Origin: Octopus vulgaris
Taxonomy: Eukaryota
Length of the DNA stretch: 64,000 nucleotides
Reading direction: 5' to 3'
Assembly (NCBI GenBank): GCA_951406725.2
Contig: OX597834.1
Location: forward strand, 12,276,001-12,340,000
In this document: in pieces, positions 1-13,727 of the stretch
How positions within the stretch are numbered: position 1 is the first letter of the stretch
How the letters are laid out: every line of letters starts with the position of its first letter
Position numbers and translations under genes: made by a program
The notes under the pieces: model-generated
Told to the model about the DNA's origin: nothing
The model's input: the letters and a program-made list of their open reading frames with translations, nothing else
Databases searched by the model: none

Positions 1-572
1 ACCCTCGCAGCTTTACTTGATAACTGAAATATTTTCCCCGAACGAATGTACAACAATTCTGCTACATATCAGCATGTATTCGTAATTAGTTACTTATGAA
101 ATTTTTTGGCTGAGGCTCCAGCCCACGCGAAACCGCTTTCTTTAAAAAATCTTTTTCGTGAGCTGTCTCTTGCAGAAGTAAATCCACAAGCAGCCGCGTG
201 AATTTCTCCCTTTATAACGATGAAGAATACTGTACATCTATATGAATTTTTATTTTGGTAACAGAGTATTACCGTGTTTTTCAGTTAGCTTTGATTGACA
301 TGTGTCTGTGAACAATTTCGGTCCACGCATTCAGTCATATTACATTCTTGACATCGTATATATGCGAATCATTATAAAAACATGTTTAAACGCATGTGTA
401 TAAGCGTGTATATATTCACACATAGAAATGTATATAGGCTCGTTATATTATGTCAGTGCTTACATACACACAGGCACGCTTTCAATAGCGGGTAAAAGAT
501 GAACGTTGTGTTCATGGGGAACATCGTTGCTATTAATAAACACCGAAGTGTTTCCTCTAACATTCTATCAAC

Positions 573-726
573 AGCTGTGGTAAGTAGCTTGCTTACCAAC
601 CACATGGTTCCGGGTTCAGTCCCACTGTGTGGCACTTCTGGCAAGAGTCTTCTAGTATAGCCTCTGGCCGACCAAAACCTTGTGAATGGATATGGTACTT
701 ACCACACAGCCACTCCTACTCCTATA
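573..726 (+). mobile_element. SINE family A 5' fragment with its head in inverted orientation
   Basis: 573-697 matches the family A 5' half on +; 696-726 is the reverse complement of the head (ATAGGAGTAGGAGTGGCTGTGTGGTAAGTA). Confidence 0.75.
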
Positions 727-1007
727 ATATCTTTTTTTAATATTTTACCTCATCTCCTTTTAAAAAAGGAAAAAGAATTTCACAAACACTTGTCTTATTA
801 TTATTCTTAAAATAGTTACACTAATATGGTATAACGAAAGTAGGAAATACACGATGTTACTCATATAAATATTTGTAAAGGAATATATTCTAGGTGTCCT
901 GGCGTCGTATCATGAAGAAAATATGAAAATATTTGAAATACATTTCAGCAGTTTAAGACTTTTTAGAAAAATTAAATTAATATAGTATATATATATATAT
1001 ATTATAT

Positions 1008-1114
1008 TACGGCCATATCACGTTGAAAACACCAGTTCTCGTCCGATCACCGAAGTTAAGCAACATCGAGTTTAGTAATATGATGGATGACAGCTTGGGA
1101 AACTTAGGCCTTTT
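1008..1114 (+). pseudogene. 5S rRNA-derived sequence, degenerate in its 3' half
   Basis: TACGGCCATATCACGTTGAAAACACCAGTTCTCGTCCGATCACCGAAGTTAAGCAACATCGAG is nearly identical to the 5' 65 nt of molluscan 5S rRNA including box A. It continues TTAGTAATATGATGGATGACAGCTTGGGAA (decayed intermediate element and box C) and ends TAGGCCTTTT. Confidence 0.9.
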
Positions 1115-1122
1115 CTTATTCA

Positions 1123-1170
1123 GGCAGTGATCCAGCATGGCCGCAGTCAAATTATAAACAAGTAAAATAA
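1123..1170 (+). mobile_element. 3' tail of SINE family A fused directly behind the 5S sequence
   Basis: GGCAGTGATCCAGCATGGCCGCAGTCAAATTATAAACAAGTAAAA matches the family A tail GGCGGTGCTCCAGCATGGCCGCAGTCAAATGACTGAAACAAGTAAAAGAG (e.g. 27357-27420). Confidence 0.8.
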
Positions 1171-1916
1171 ATTTAAAATATTTTGCGTTTTGCATTTTCC
1201 TCTGAAATATAGAAATATACAGTGATCCAATAGTTAAGTCATTTCGATCCGTCCTTCTCACGTTTGACGTTTTCTCGTCCGGTTTTTGCGTTTGGTCATT
1301 TGATCTGCAATAACAGTAGCACACGTACACAAGCGGACATTTAATTTAAAATTCTATTTGCATTTTCCCTTCAAATGACATGTCTCTACTGCTCAAAATG
1401 ACAGAAAAATTTTCACGAAAAAAACCCACGTCGATATCGAGACTGAATCCCTTTTGTGTCAACACGATTATGCATTACTATCTATTCAATTCTTACAAAT
1501 ACAATGGACACGTTTTTTTTTTTATTTAACTATACTTTTTTTTATTTCTTACCTCGTCTCCTTTAAAAAAAGGAAAGAGAATATTTTATGATCATTGCCG
1601 TTGAAGTAAAAATCATTTACAATTGAACATATAAGGACAAAAAAATCTTTTTTTTTTTCATTAAAGAGAATATTCCTATAATGGTACTAAAAGGAATTTA
1701 TCAAACTTGAAATGTTTTTTTTTAAACACTTTGTTTCTTACTTTTCCTAAAATAGTAAACATTAAGTGGCATAACGAAAAGAGGAAATATATTATGTTTC
1801 AAATAAACTGTTTTTAACTAACTGGTTTCAGGTGTTCTAGCGTAGTATCATAATGAAAAGATGCAAAATTATTAGAATACCTTTCAGAAATTAAACTGTT
1901 TAAATAAATATTATAT

Positions 1917-2544
1917 ATTTCTTTACTACCCACAAGGGGCTAAACACAGAGAGGACAAACAAAGACAGACAAACGGATTAAGTTGATTATATTTACCCTA
2001 GTGCGCAACTGGTACTTAATTTATCGACCCCGAAAGGATGAAAGGCAAAGCCGACCTCGGTGAAATTTGAACTCAGAATGTAGGGGCAGACGAAATACCT
2101 ATTTCTTTACTACACACAAGGGGCCTATAAGACAGAGAGGACAAAAAAGGACAGACAAACGAATTAAGTCGATTATATCGACCCCAGTGCGTAACTGGTA
2201 CTTATTCAATCGACCCCGAAAGGATGAAAGGCAAAGTCGACCTGGGTGGAATTTGAACTCAGAACGAAGCGGCAAACGAAATACTGCTAAGCATTTCGCC
2301 CGGCGTGTTAACGTTTCTTATTTCTTTATTGCCCACAAGGGGCTAAACATAGAGGGGACAAAATAAGGACAGACAAAGGGATTAAGTCGATTACATCGAC
2401 CCTAGTGCGGAACTGGTACTTAATTTATCGACCCCGAAAGGCAAAGTCGACCTCGGCGGCATTTGAACTCAGAACGTAGCGGCAGCCGAAATACCGCTAA
2501 GCATTTCGCCCGGCGTGCTAACGTTTCTGCCAGGTCGCCGCCTT
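1917..2544 (-). mobile_element. SINE family B (tRNA head, Meta-domain-like centre), head-to-tail trimer
   Basis: Head AAGGCGGCGA.CTGGCAGAAACGTTAG, B box GAGTTCAAAT, centre GTCGACTTTGCCTTTCATCCTTTCGGGGTCGATAAATTAAGTACCAG (resembles the MetaSINE/Sauria central domain). Units at about 1917-2100, 2101-2317 and 2318-2544. Confidence 0.85.
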
Positions 2545-3204
2545 CTGTTTCGAAAAAATAAATATTATAACGCAGATTTTAATACTTTCCCCTGTTAGGT
2601 CATTTGGAATAGTCCTTTTCACGTTTACTCGTTCGGCCTTTGCGTTTGGTCACATGATCGACAATAACACAGTAACCCATACACACACACACATTTAATT
2701 TTAAAATTATATTTGCATTTTTCTTTCGTCTGACATGTCCTTACTGCTCAAAGTAAGAGAAAACATTTCACGCATAAAACCCAGATTGACATCATGACTA
2801 AATCCCTTTTGTGTTAACACGATTATGTATTATCATCTATTCACTTCTTATCAATACAATAGGGCAAGATTTTATTTACCTATATTTTTCTTTTATTTCT
2901 TACATCTCATTCTTTTTTTTTCTTTTTCTTAAGCATATTTTTTGTTGATTGCCATTGAACAAAAATCCTTTGGAAATGAACATACGATAAGGACAAAAAC
3001 ATGTTTTTTTTTTTACATTAAATAAAGAATTCCTACAATGGTGCTAAAAGGAATTTATCAAAATTGAAAGGCGCCTACAGGTTGTAAAAAGGAATTCTTT
3101 AAATAAACACAATAGAGATTAGCGTTGCCATTATTTGTTTTTCAAATTATATAATAAAATCAATATTAAAAAAAAAAACTTTATATTTTTATCCCTGAAG
3201 TACG

Positions 3205-3720
3205 TCTATTATTATTAATTATTATTGTTATTATTATTAGCATTATTTATTATTATTATTAGCATTATTTATTATTATTATTATTAGCATTATTTATTAT
3301 TATTATTATTAGCATTATTTATTATTATTATTATTATTATTAGCATTATTTATTATTATTATTATTATTAGCATTATTTATTATTATTATTATTAGCATT
3401 ATTTATTATTATTATTATTATTAGCATTATTTATTATTATTATTATTAGCATTATTTATTATTATTATTATTAGCATTATTCATTATTATTATTATTAGC
3501 ATTATTTATTATTATTATTATAAGCATTATTTATTTTTATTATTATTATTATTTATTATTATTATTATTATTAGCCTTATTTTTATTATTATAATCATTA
3601 TTATTAGCATTATTATTATTATTATTATTATTATTTATTATTATCTATTATTATTATTATCTATTATCTATTATTATAATTACCTATTATTATTATTATT
3701 AATTATTATTATTATTATTT
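3205..3720. repeat. (ATT)n microsatellite with a periodic TTAGCATTATT higher-order unit
   Basis: Directly visible. Confidence 0.95.
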
Positions 3721-4684
3721 GTTCTTTGAGAGCCGGAGCAAAAATGACGATACGTGCAAGGAATAATTGCTCATACTTATATATATATATACATAAATGG
3801 AAGATAGGAGCATAAATCTGCCAACCCATTGATTGAGATTGCTTCAAGGGCTCTATCACTTTCTCGCATTTAATGTGTGTGTGGAGAGGAAAGATAAATG
3901 TGAGTTTATATTTACTCATAGAGCCTACAATACGGTAGTGTTATCACATACGTTCGCCTATTTCTATTTTTGTGTTGTATTCAGTTTGAAATCAGTTCAG
4001 AAGAATTCCATCTTTCTTCAAGTTATAGCCGGAGGAATGATTGATAGATATTTACGATAACGAAAAACCAGTATGAGAGAAATATTGTCAAATTTACAAC
4101 TTAAAACTTTTATAAATAATCCTCGACATTTGTGACGAAATCCTAGTGGTTTTAGAGAAATTAGTTCCACCCTCGTAAATTTCCGTGATAGTGAGGTGTT
4201 AGGGCAGGCATAATCACAAAACACAGCAAAAGCAAGCGCATACAGAGACATACACAGGTAGACACTCGCATATACACACACAGTTATCAGTTACTGAGAA
4301 ATATGTTTGAAAGTGCCGCGTTTATCCACGATTATTTGTCATTTTGTCTCTTCTCTCTCTCTCTCTCTCACTCCTTCATTCCATCTACTTACACACACGC
4401 ACACAAATACATACATACATACATAGACACACTTACAACACAAGCAAATTCCCACAGAGACACATACAGAGAAAAACATACGCAGACACACACACACACA
4501 CACTGTAACCAGTTATTGAGAAATATATCTGGAAGTGCCGCGCCTACAAACGTTTATCTATTACTCTCGTTCACTCTCGCTCTTTCTTTCCACCTACTTA
4601 TACATAGGCGCACACTCACAGACACACATATACACACACACATACGCATATACACATTCATACAGTCGGTTTTTCAAAGCTATA

Positions 4685-5265
4685 ATGGAAATGACAAAGG
4701 AGCAGATTCGATATATATTGCTTTATGAGTTCAATAAAGGCAACAACGCCACAGAAAGTGCAAGGAATATCAATGCAGAATATGAGGATCGGACAATAAG
4801 CGTAAGCCAGTGTCAACGGTGGTTCCAGAAATTCCGAGACGGAAACTACAGCCTAGAAGACGTGCCTTGTCCTGGATGAGCTGTAGCGCTCGACGAGGAC
4901 GTCTGCAAAACCTAATGGAATAAAGGCCCATCGTAAATTTTGAAGAACTAGCAGAGAAGCTTGAATTTGGTCATTCAACCATTAATCGATACCTGCGCTA
5001 GATGATAAACGATGCTCTTTTGTTTGAAGACGGTTTCAGGATAATGCTCGGCCACAGACAGCGGAGATGACATTCGAAAAGCTGGAGCACTTATTCCCCA
5101 GTCTTCTAAATTATTTGGACGGAAAACATAAATTTTGTAAACGAGGTCAAAACAGAACTGAAAGAGTATGTTTTGTCATGGAGAAGTGAGTTTTCAAACA
5201 GGGACCCTGCACGTCTACTAGATAGATGGAGGAGAATTAGAGAAAATGTAAATGTATATTTATAT
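4685..5265 (+). mobile_element. Mariner transposase remnant, internally deleted, with stops and frameshifts
   Basis: MEMTKEQIRYILLYEFNKGNNATESARNINAEYEDRTISVSQCQRWFQKFRDGNYSLED is a mariner HTH N-terminus; later come QDNARP (catalytic DDD motif region) and a C-terminal LLDRWRRI-like segment. Confidence 0.9.
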
Positions 5266-5282
5266 ATTCAAAATGAGGGAGT

Positions 5283-5590
5283 GGAGCAGACAAAATCCAT
5301 GCTACATATGGGTCCTAGCTAGCAGTTCCTCTTACATAATATTTAGCCTCCTAGGTACTCGACAGGCACAAGCGTAATGACCACGAAGGCTACAAGGTCA
5401 TTAAGGAATCCTAAGTTAATGACGCCGAGGATATAATTAGAAACTTGAAATTCCTTAAGAACAAGGTAACATTCATACAATTAAGGTATTTATGGTTTGG
5501 TAATAACTAAATGATGACACTTTTGTAGAGCAATTGTTATATCATAGGCTCTGCTTATAGGAAACATACGTAGCATGGGTTTTACTTGGC
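5283..5590. mobile_element. Degenerate MITE-like element
   Basis: AAAATCCATGCTACATATG (~5291) and CATACGTAGCATGGGTTTT (~5565) form an imperfect terminal inverted repeat; no clear TSD. Confidence 0.4.
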
Positions 5591-5907
5591 CAACGCATTT
5601 AAATTCGCTTTTTATTCGCATTCATATCAACTCAAGTGGTAAAGCGTGAACTATAAAAATGCTTTTTCAGCTGATCGAAGTTCGATAAGAGAAAAGCCAA
5701 CGCATTTGGAGGCCAATGCATTATTGTTGTTCCTCAACATTGTTTCCTATACAAACCAAATTAGCCTCGATGCGTACAAACTCCCTACACTTCGATCCTT
5801 GTATCTTATTACATATCAATAATCCATACACACAAAACACACACATACACACACAAACACTCACACATACACACATATATATTATTATGTAAATAAAATA
5901 ATGTAAA

Positions 5908-5938
<31 letters not shown>

Positions 5939-6667
5939 TTATGTGTGTATATATATATATATATATAATATATATATGTATATATATATAAGTTTATCAA
6001 ATTTTCCATTTATATATTGCGTCTTTTGCGCATATTTATATATATACATATACACGCAAATATACGCACGCACATGTGTTTACGTGAGTTACAACTTGCT
6101 TCTATGCGTGAGTGTACGTGTGACGTATGCGTTTTTTGTGTGCGTACGTGTGTGTGTGTGTGTGTATGCGCGTGTAGTTTCATGGATCTAGCTGTATGTG
6201 CGAATGTTGTGCCTTGCGTGTGTGGCTTATTGGATTGCGCCTACATCCTTTCCTTTTCAACAATGATGGAAATACGTTTATATTTTTTTTACATTTTAGT
6301 TTCAATTCATTAAGACATCGATCGATTAATCATATCCCAATAAAAATTGATTGTATAATATTTAATACAATCGGATTGCGTAATCTTTCTTTTTGATGCT
6401 CATAAGAACTTCTTGTTGTTTGAAACTGATAATCTTTTTTCAGGAATATTTCATTTATATAGTATATACGAGTATATATCTGTCTGTCTGTCTGTCTCTT
6501 TCTCTCTCTCTCACTCTGCGAGCCTGCATGAATACCCGAATGTATTTCTAGGTGTAAACATATTCATACATACATGGAATACGGATCACTGTGGACTCTA
6601 CTCTTAATGAAAAATCCTTGCAATACACCAAGACGTTCAAACCTTTGAACTTTACGTATAACTGATA

Positions 6668-6878
6668 TTTCGCCATGATAGATCGTTAGCCACTACACAC
6701 ACTCTTTTTCTCACCCTGTTTCTCTCCTTGTTTTTTTTTCTTTCTGTGTCCCTTTCTGTAGAAGCGCGTAGGTTCGAAACGTAAAAGACTTTTTTTTATT
6801 CCTGAGCGTTATACTAATACATCTGTTTGTTTTGTACAACAACTGCCTTCGTCTTTTGTTTTTTCCCGTAAACTCTCT
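6668..6878 (+). mobile_element. Penelope-type terminal repeat (pLTR) with minimal hammerhead motif at 6751-6790
   Basis: CTTT-CTGTAGA-AGCGCGTAGGTTC-GAAA-CG-TA-AAAG; homologous to 18930-19145. Confidence 0.65.
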
Positions 6879-7006
6879 GTGTGTGTGTGCGTGTGCGTGT
6901 GTGTGTGTGAAGACATCCAGTCGTTTCACTTTGACTCCTTTCATAAACTTGACTAAATGTTCCGTCATTTATATATTACTCCCTAAGCGATCGTACTATG
7001 CATGCA

Positions 7007-7072
<66 letters not shown>

Positions 7073-7081
7073 TTATTATCG

Positions 7082-7315
7082 TTCTTTTTTACTCTAGGCA
7101 CAAGGCCTGAGAGTTTTGGAGAAGGTCCTAGTCGATTAGATCGACCCCAGTACGCAACTGCTACTTAGTTTTTCGGACCCGACGCAAGAAAGACAAAGTC
7201 GACCTCGGCGGAATTTGAACTCAGAACGTAACGACAAACGAAATACCTATTTCTTTACTACCCACAAGTGGCTAAACACAGAGGAAACAAAGAAGGACAT
7301 ACAAACGAATTAAGT
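7082..7315 (-). mobile_element. SINE family B dimer fragment combining two different 3' tails
   Basis: A tail-1 unit (...GTGGGTAGTAAAGAAAT) joins through the junction GAAATACCT|ATTTCTTTAC to a unit ending in tail 2 (...CAGGCCTTGTGCCTAGAGTA). Confidence 0.75.
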
Positions 7316-7838
7316 TTGTCATTTTGAACAGACACACCCTCGTCCTTATGTACATTGTTTAGCAGTATTTATACCAATTATTGCTGATTTTTATGCTGCA
7401 ATATTGGCATATTGCATTTGTAGTTCCTATTGCATCTCAAATTGGGACATTTAGCAAATGGACATCAACATATAACTATGCACTTGAAAGATAGGTTACG
7501 AACTAAGATCTCTTGCATTATGATTTTACATTTAATACTATTCATCGATTAAACAGTCCCACACATTGTGTGACTTTTAATCAATATCTGAAATCAATAT
7601 GATGTTGTCAATATTTTTTTCAATTACACAGATACTTCATTTGCTTTGTGGCAAACTAGTTTATAGTCCAATTTACGTAATCCCCGGTTAAGACACCTCT
7701 TAACTATTAACACCTAGCAACTAACTGTTTCTTTACATAATAGAGTAGACATCTATATGATATGTCTAGGATGAAAATTTCTCGTTATACATATTTTATT
7801 GTTCTGATAATAGTAAAAGTCCTATGATTAGTATTTAT

Positions 7839-8251
7839 AGATCTTTTCGTTTTGAGCGGCAGTTTTTAACATAATTTCTAGGTAACTAAACACTTTTAAA
7901 CTTCGTATACTGTTAGAATGTGTGTATAAAACATCTTTTTCTCTTGGCTTTATGGAGAAAATTCTATAGTTTGTAGGATATTTGTTGTTCTTTTCCTGCA
8001 ATTTCTGCAATTTCAACCAATCAATGACATCCATTGAGGTGAAAACATTCTGTGCCGTATGAATATGTCCCTCGTTTAAGAAACTGATTAGGTTTATTTA
8101 CATTTGTGAAGAAAAAAGATACCCTTCCCCCCACCCCTACCCAACCCTAAAATAGATTGAAATGAAATAGATCGATACTAGGGTCATAATTATGGGTGAC
8201 AATTTCATACGACACCGCTAAAAGAAACTGCCGTTCAAACCGAAAAGATCC
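7839..8251. mobile_element. MITE with 27-bp TIRs and 8-bp TSD
   Basis: TIRs (A/G)GATCTTTTCG(T/G)TTTGA(G/A)CGGCAGTTT at both ends; flanks GTATTTAT (7831-7838) and GTGTTTAT (8252-8259); internal CCCTACCCAACCCTAA motif. Confidence 0.8.
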
Positions 8252-8527
8252 GTGTTTATTTCCTTGGACTGAATATTGTTAGAACATGTTCTCGATTTTC
8301 ATGACTAGTGACCCGTTCTGCCTGCGAGAAAGTTACTACATTTCATATTGCTCAATTTAAATTCACAAGATTGAAGTAGTGGTCTATCTGGTGCACAGTG
8401 GCCTTTTACAGAATCGGAATATTTGTTCATTCACGTTGCTGACGCTGTTATAAACAAATGTATGTATGTATGTATGTATGTATGCATTATGTATGTAAGT
8501 ATCTATATATATATATATATATATATT

Positions 8528-8885
8528 AACATTAGCTTCAAGGTTCATCCATGACTGGGACCACGGGCCATACGTCCCCTGCCCAATTCAAGATCACAAC
8601 ATACATGTACACTGCAACATAATTTCTTTTCCTCAACAGGCCCTGCCCTATTTAACATTGTCCCGGGGGAGATCAAAGAGGAAAAGGATCCCATCAACTT
8701 TAAACGGAGTCTGGATATATTCCTTCAAAGAATACCAGATAAGCCACCCATAATTGGATACAACTCACCCAACAAGAACTCACTACTTGAACAAAACTTG
8801 ACTTAAACAGGATTCGAATAATCCTATCAGGTGGTGCTATTAAGTTAGACATGGCCTGGACCAATCTTTGGTCGAAACATATCTA

Positions 8886-8890
<5 letters not shown>
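8528..8890 (+). mobile_element. CR1-clade LINE, 5'-truncated 3' end of ORF2 plus 3' UTR
   Basis: NISFKVHP*LGPRAIRP...HNFFSSTGPALFNIVPGEIKEEKDPINFKRSLDIFLQRIPDKP...NKNSLLE matches the CR1 ORF2 C-terminal pattern GP.LFN.LP...FK..LD.FL..IPD.P. Confidence 0.8.
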
Positions 8891-8947
<57 letters not shown>

Positions 8948-10129
8948 ATCTATTTATCTATCAATCTAGTTATCTATACATTTTATAAGCTCTTATGTCG
9001 TAAACAACATACAAGCATAGACTGAGTGCACACACACACACACACATGCATATATACCGAGAGGGTAAGAGAAAGAGGTAGAGAGATGAAGAGAGAGAGA
9101 GAGTGAGGTGAGGGACAGAGAGAAAGAGATGATTGAGACAGGGAGAGATGCATACCTGGTGATATGATATGAACAGTAACATCTATAATAGTCGTGTTTC
9201 ATGTGAAATAATGTGATATCTGCCCTGCCGTTGTTTGAACACTTCGAAAAAGGACATTAAAGATATTAGCAAAACTATAAGTGAATCTATGAATATTTCT
9301 GCCGCCTCAAAATAAATCAACCAAGATTTGTTGCCTGCTGAGTGCATTGCTTATTGTAGACAGATATACCGATAGATTGCTGTGTATAATTCAAAATCTT
9401 CTACGAATGCCAACGGAGGAACACAGCTCATCAAGCGTCCATATATAGTTGAAATATCTCTTGATATATCAATCTACTCACCTAAACCAAGTGATATTAT
9501 CGGTAACACAAAGATTGGTATCGGGATAACTGTTTGTGCTGTGCTTATTTTTATATTCGTTATTTCGTTCTTGATCTATAGATTATTGTTGCAGTTCGGA
9601 CTACGCTGGAGTGGCTTATTGTATAAACGTGTGTATGGATATGTGTCGTCGGCAAAATGTGTGCTTTGGCGTGTGTGTTTTTGTATGTGTGAGTCTGTGC
9701 GTATCTGTATTTGTAAAGACAGAAGCGGCGGATGCAATATGGACGTATTTCTGTAACAATATGAACGCCTTGGAATTATGTGTTAATGAATGTGTGAATG
9801 TGTGAGGGACTATGTCCGTCTGTATTCGTGTGTGCCTTTGTGCTTCGGTGCTTTTCCATGCGCACACGTGCGTGTATGTGTGTGAGTGTGTATACGTGCA
9901 ACGCTAATAGTAGATGTTTTGAAATGAAAAGCATGCATATTTATTTTATTCTAGCTATGAATATATATATATGTGTGTGTGTGTATATACATGCGTTCAT
10001 ATATACACACAAATATATGTGTGTGTACATATATATATACATTCATATATATATATACATATATGTCTGTATGTATGTATATGCATTCATATATATATAT
10101 ACATATATGTCTGTATGTATGTATATGCA

Positions 10130-10175
<46 letters not shown>

Positions 10176-10211
10176 CATATATATGTATGAGTGTGTATGT
10201 ATGTATATGCA

Positions 10212-10265
<54 letters not shown>

Positions 10266-10560
10266 TTCGACTATATATTCGGGTAATAAGATTAAAATAT
10301 ATTTGAGCTGTATAAATGAAACATAACATCGTCGAAATTTATCTTTCTTTTTACTATTTTTCTCTTATAATTTATGTCCTTGTTGTTACCCAGCATTATC
10401 GTTATTATTGTTTGGTCCAATGAATATATATATTTGTTTTCACTTTAGGGAATCGACTAAAGACGTTTTATTAAAGAACCATCGGTCTAGATTCAAACGT
10501 AATCATACGCTGGTAGACGCTGATCCACTCACACACAAACACACCTGATGACACGCTCTT

Positions 10561-10641
10561 ACATATATACATGTATATACACAAACTATATATATATAAA
10601 TGTATATAGATAGATATATATATGTATATATAGATAGATCC

Positions 10642-10673
<32 letters not shown>

Positions 10674-11380
10674 GCATATATATGGATAGATATATATATG
10701 CATATATATAGATATATATGTATATATATATAGATATATATATGCATATATATATAGATATATATATGCATATATATATAGATAGATATATATATGCATA
10801 TATATATATATAGATATATATATGCATATATATATATATAGATATATATATATGATATATATATATAGATACATATATATGCATATATATATATATAGAT
10901 ACATATATATGCATACTAGCAGTATCGCCCGGCGTTGCTCAGGTTTGTAAGGAAATAACTATAAAGCATTTTTAGAGAGTTATAGCCAAAAAATAGCAAA
11001 AAAATGGAAAAAAATGATGGTAATTTTTTTTGAGAGTTAAAACAGGTGGAGTTGCGTCCCTAGACGGTCTGTGGTTTGGGTTTCTCATTCTCGACCCCAT
11101 GTCGAATTTATCGATTTTTTTCAGAACTGGGGGAACTTTTCAAAATTTTCGCTGCGTTAGTTTTGAATTATGACATTGGGCTATGTGTGTGTCAAGTTTC
11201 ATCAGAATCGGTTGAAAGCCGTGGTCAGAGTGAGGGTACGAGAAAACAGACACACAGAAAACGCACAAACAAACTGCCGTTTATATAGAGAGAGATATAT
11301 ATAGATACATATATATGCATATATATATATAGATACATATATATGCATATATATATAGATACATATATATGCATATATAG

Positions 11381-11419
<39 letters not shown>

Positions 11420-11429
11420 GCATATATAT

Positions 11430-11499
<70 letters not shown>

Positions 11500-12356
11500 T
11501 AATATATATGCATATATATATATAGATATATATATGCATATATATATATATATATATATATATGCATATATATATAGATACATATATATGCATATATATA
11601 TAGATACATATATATGCATATATATATAGAGATACATATATATAGATATATATATACATATATATAGATAGATACATACCTATATATAGATAGATACATA
11701 CCTATATATATAGATACATACCTATATATAGATAGATATATACATATATATATAGATATATACATATATATAGATAGATATATACATATATATAGATAGA
11801 TATATACATATATATAGATAGATATATACATATATATATAGATATATACATATATATAGATAGATATATACATATATATAGATAGATATATACATATATA
11901 TAGATAGATATATACATATAGATATATATATACATATATATATATATAGATATATATATACTATATATATATACATATAGATATATACATATAGATATAT
12001 ATATACATATAGATATATACATATAGATATATATATACATATATATAGATAGATATATACATATATATAGATAGATATATACATATATATAGATAGATAT
12101 ATACATATATATAGATAGATATATACATATATATAGATAGATATATACATATATATAGATAGATATATACATATATATAGATAGATATATACATATATAT
12201 AGATAGATATATACATATATATAGATAGATATATACATATATATAGATAGATATATACATATATATAGATAGATATATATATATAGATAGATAGATACAT
12301 ATATATAGATAGATATATACATATATATAGATAGTTATATACATATATATAGATAG

Positions 12357-12426
<70 letters not shown>

Positions 12427-12639
12427 ATAGATATATATATGCATATATATAGATATATATTATATATATATAGATATATATATCATATATATATAGATAT
12501 ATATATGCATATATATATAGATAGATATATATATGCATATATACATACATATAGATATATATATACATATATATATACATATAGATATATATATACATAT
12601 ATATATACATATAGATATATATATACATATATATAATAG

Positions 12640-12672
<33 letters not shown>

Positions 12673-13117
12673 TATATACATATAGATATATATATATATA
12701 GAGATATATACATATATATATAGAGATATATACATATATATATAGAGATATATACATATATATATAGAGAGATATACATATATATAGAGAGAGATATACA
12801 TATATATAGAGATATATATACATATATATAGAGATATATATATACATATATATAGAGAGATAGATGCATATATATAGAGAGATAGATACATATATATAGA
12901 GAGATAGATACATATATATAGAGAGATAGATACATATATATAGAGAGATAGATACATATATATAGAGAGAGATAGATACATATATATAGAGAGATAGATA
13001 CATATATATATATAGATAGATACATATATATATATAGATAGATATATAGATAAATATAGATATAGATATATACATACATATAGATATATACATACATATA
13101 GATATATACATATATCT

Positions 13118-13152
<35 letters not shown>

Positions 13153-13200
13153 TAGATAGATAGATATAGATAGATAGGGTGGGATAGATAGAGATAGATA
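10561..13200. repeat. Large compound (TA)n / TAGA / ATATATACATATATATAGATAG satellite, interrupted by a Helitron
   Basis: Directly visible; source of the Y/I-rich spurious ORFs. Confidence 0.95.
10916..11295 (-). mobile_element. Non-autonomous Helitron
   Basis: Minus strand A|TCTCTCTCTATATAAAACGGCAG ... CCTGAGCAACGCCGGGCGATACTGCTAG|T: 5' TC, subterminal hairpin, 3' CTAG, inserted between A and T, no TSD. Confidence 0.85.
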
Positions 13201-13727
13201 GATTGAGAAAGATAGATAAATAGATATACATGGAAGGAAAGAGAGACATGAACGTATGCATAGCCACACCCAAAATGCACACATACACCTAAAGAACACG
13301 CACTCACAAACACACATACACATAAGACTAACACAAGTATATCCGTACATCCGCAGCAAATATTCGTGCGTAATCGTACAGTGACTCTCTACTTTATACC
13401 CAGCACGCTCACGTGTACTACTAAAGATAAATGATTCGATTTAAATTATTGATTCCATTCAAATTATTGATTAATATATTTAGTAAATGTAAAGATAGGA
13501 TTCTGTACTTCTCGTCTGTGATAGCGTAAAATTGATTAAAATATTTGTGTTTCTAAATGCAAGTAAATTACCTCTGCTGTCTCTCGGTTTTTACTATATA
13601 TGGTAGAATTTGGCGTTTTGGTCTTATTGAGGCTTAAAATAGCAACTACCTTTGTTCCCCATCTGCTTGGAATTGCTACTAATTTATCATTAAATTAACA
13701 ATCCATTCTTGAATGTAGTAGATATCC

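Larger units (their letters stand above)
730..3070. repeat. Old tandem duplication, unit ~700 bp, about 2.3 copies, two of them interrupted by retroposons
   Basis: Shared blocks: TTACCTC.TCTCCTTT.AAAAAAGGAAA (746, 1549); GGTGT.CT.GCGT.GTATCAT (893, 1831); TTTGCGTTTGGTCA (1286, 2640); AATCCCTTTTGTGT.AACACGATTATG (1446, 2801); AAAAGGAATTTATCAAA.TTGAAA (1689, 3046). Confidence 0.85.

Noticed and set aside
1008-1114. Functional 5S rRNA gene
   Set aside because: The first nucleotides are missing, there are deletions and substitutions in the intermediate element, box C and 3' stem, and it is fused to a SINE tail.
9382-9756. 124-aa ORF with a hydrophobic stretch; minus-strand GTGAGT donor at 9481
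   Set aside because: Non-ATG start, runs into GT repeats, and neither strand gives a recognisable exon.
9798-13359. Many long Y/I/C/M/H-rich ORFs (also at 16701-17652, 26149-26783, 34782-36466 and 44381-44944)
   Set aside because: They are translations of (TA)n, (CA)n and (ATGC)n microsatellites that simply lack stop codons.
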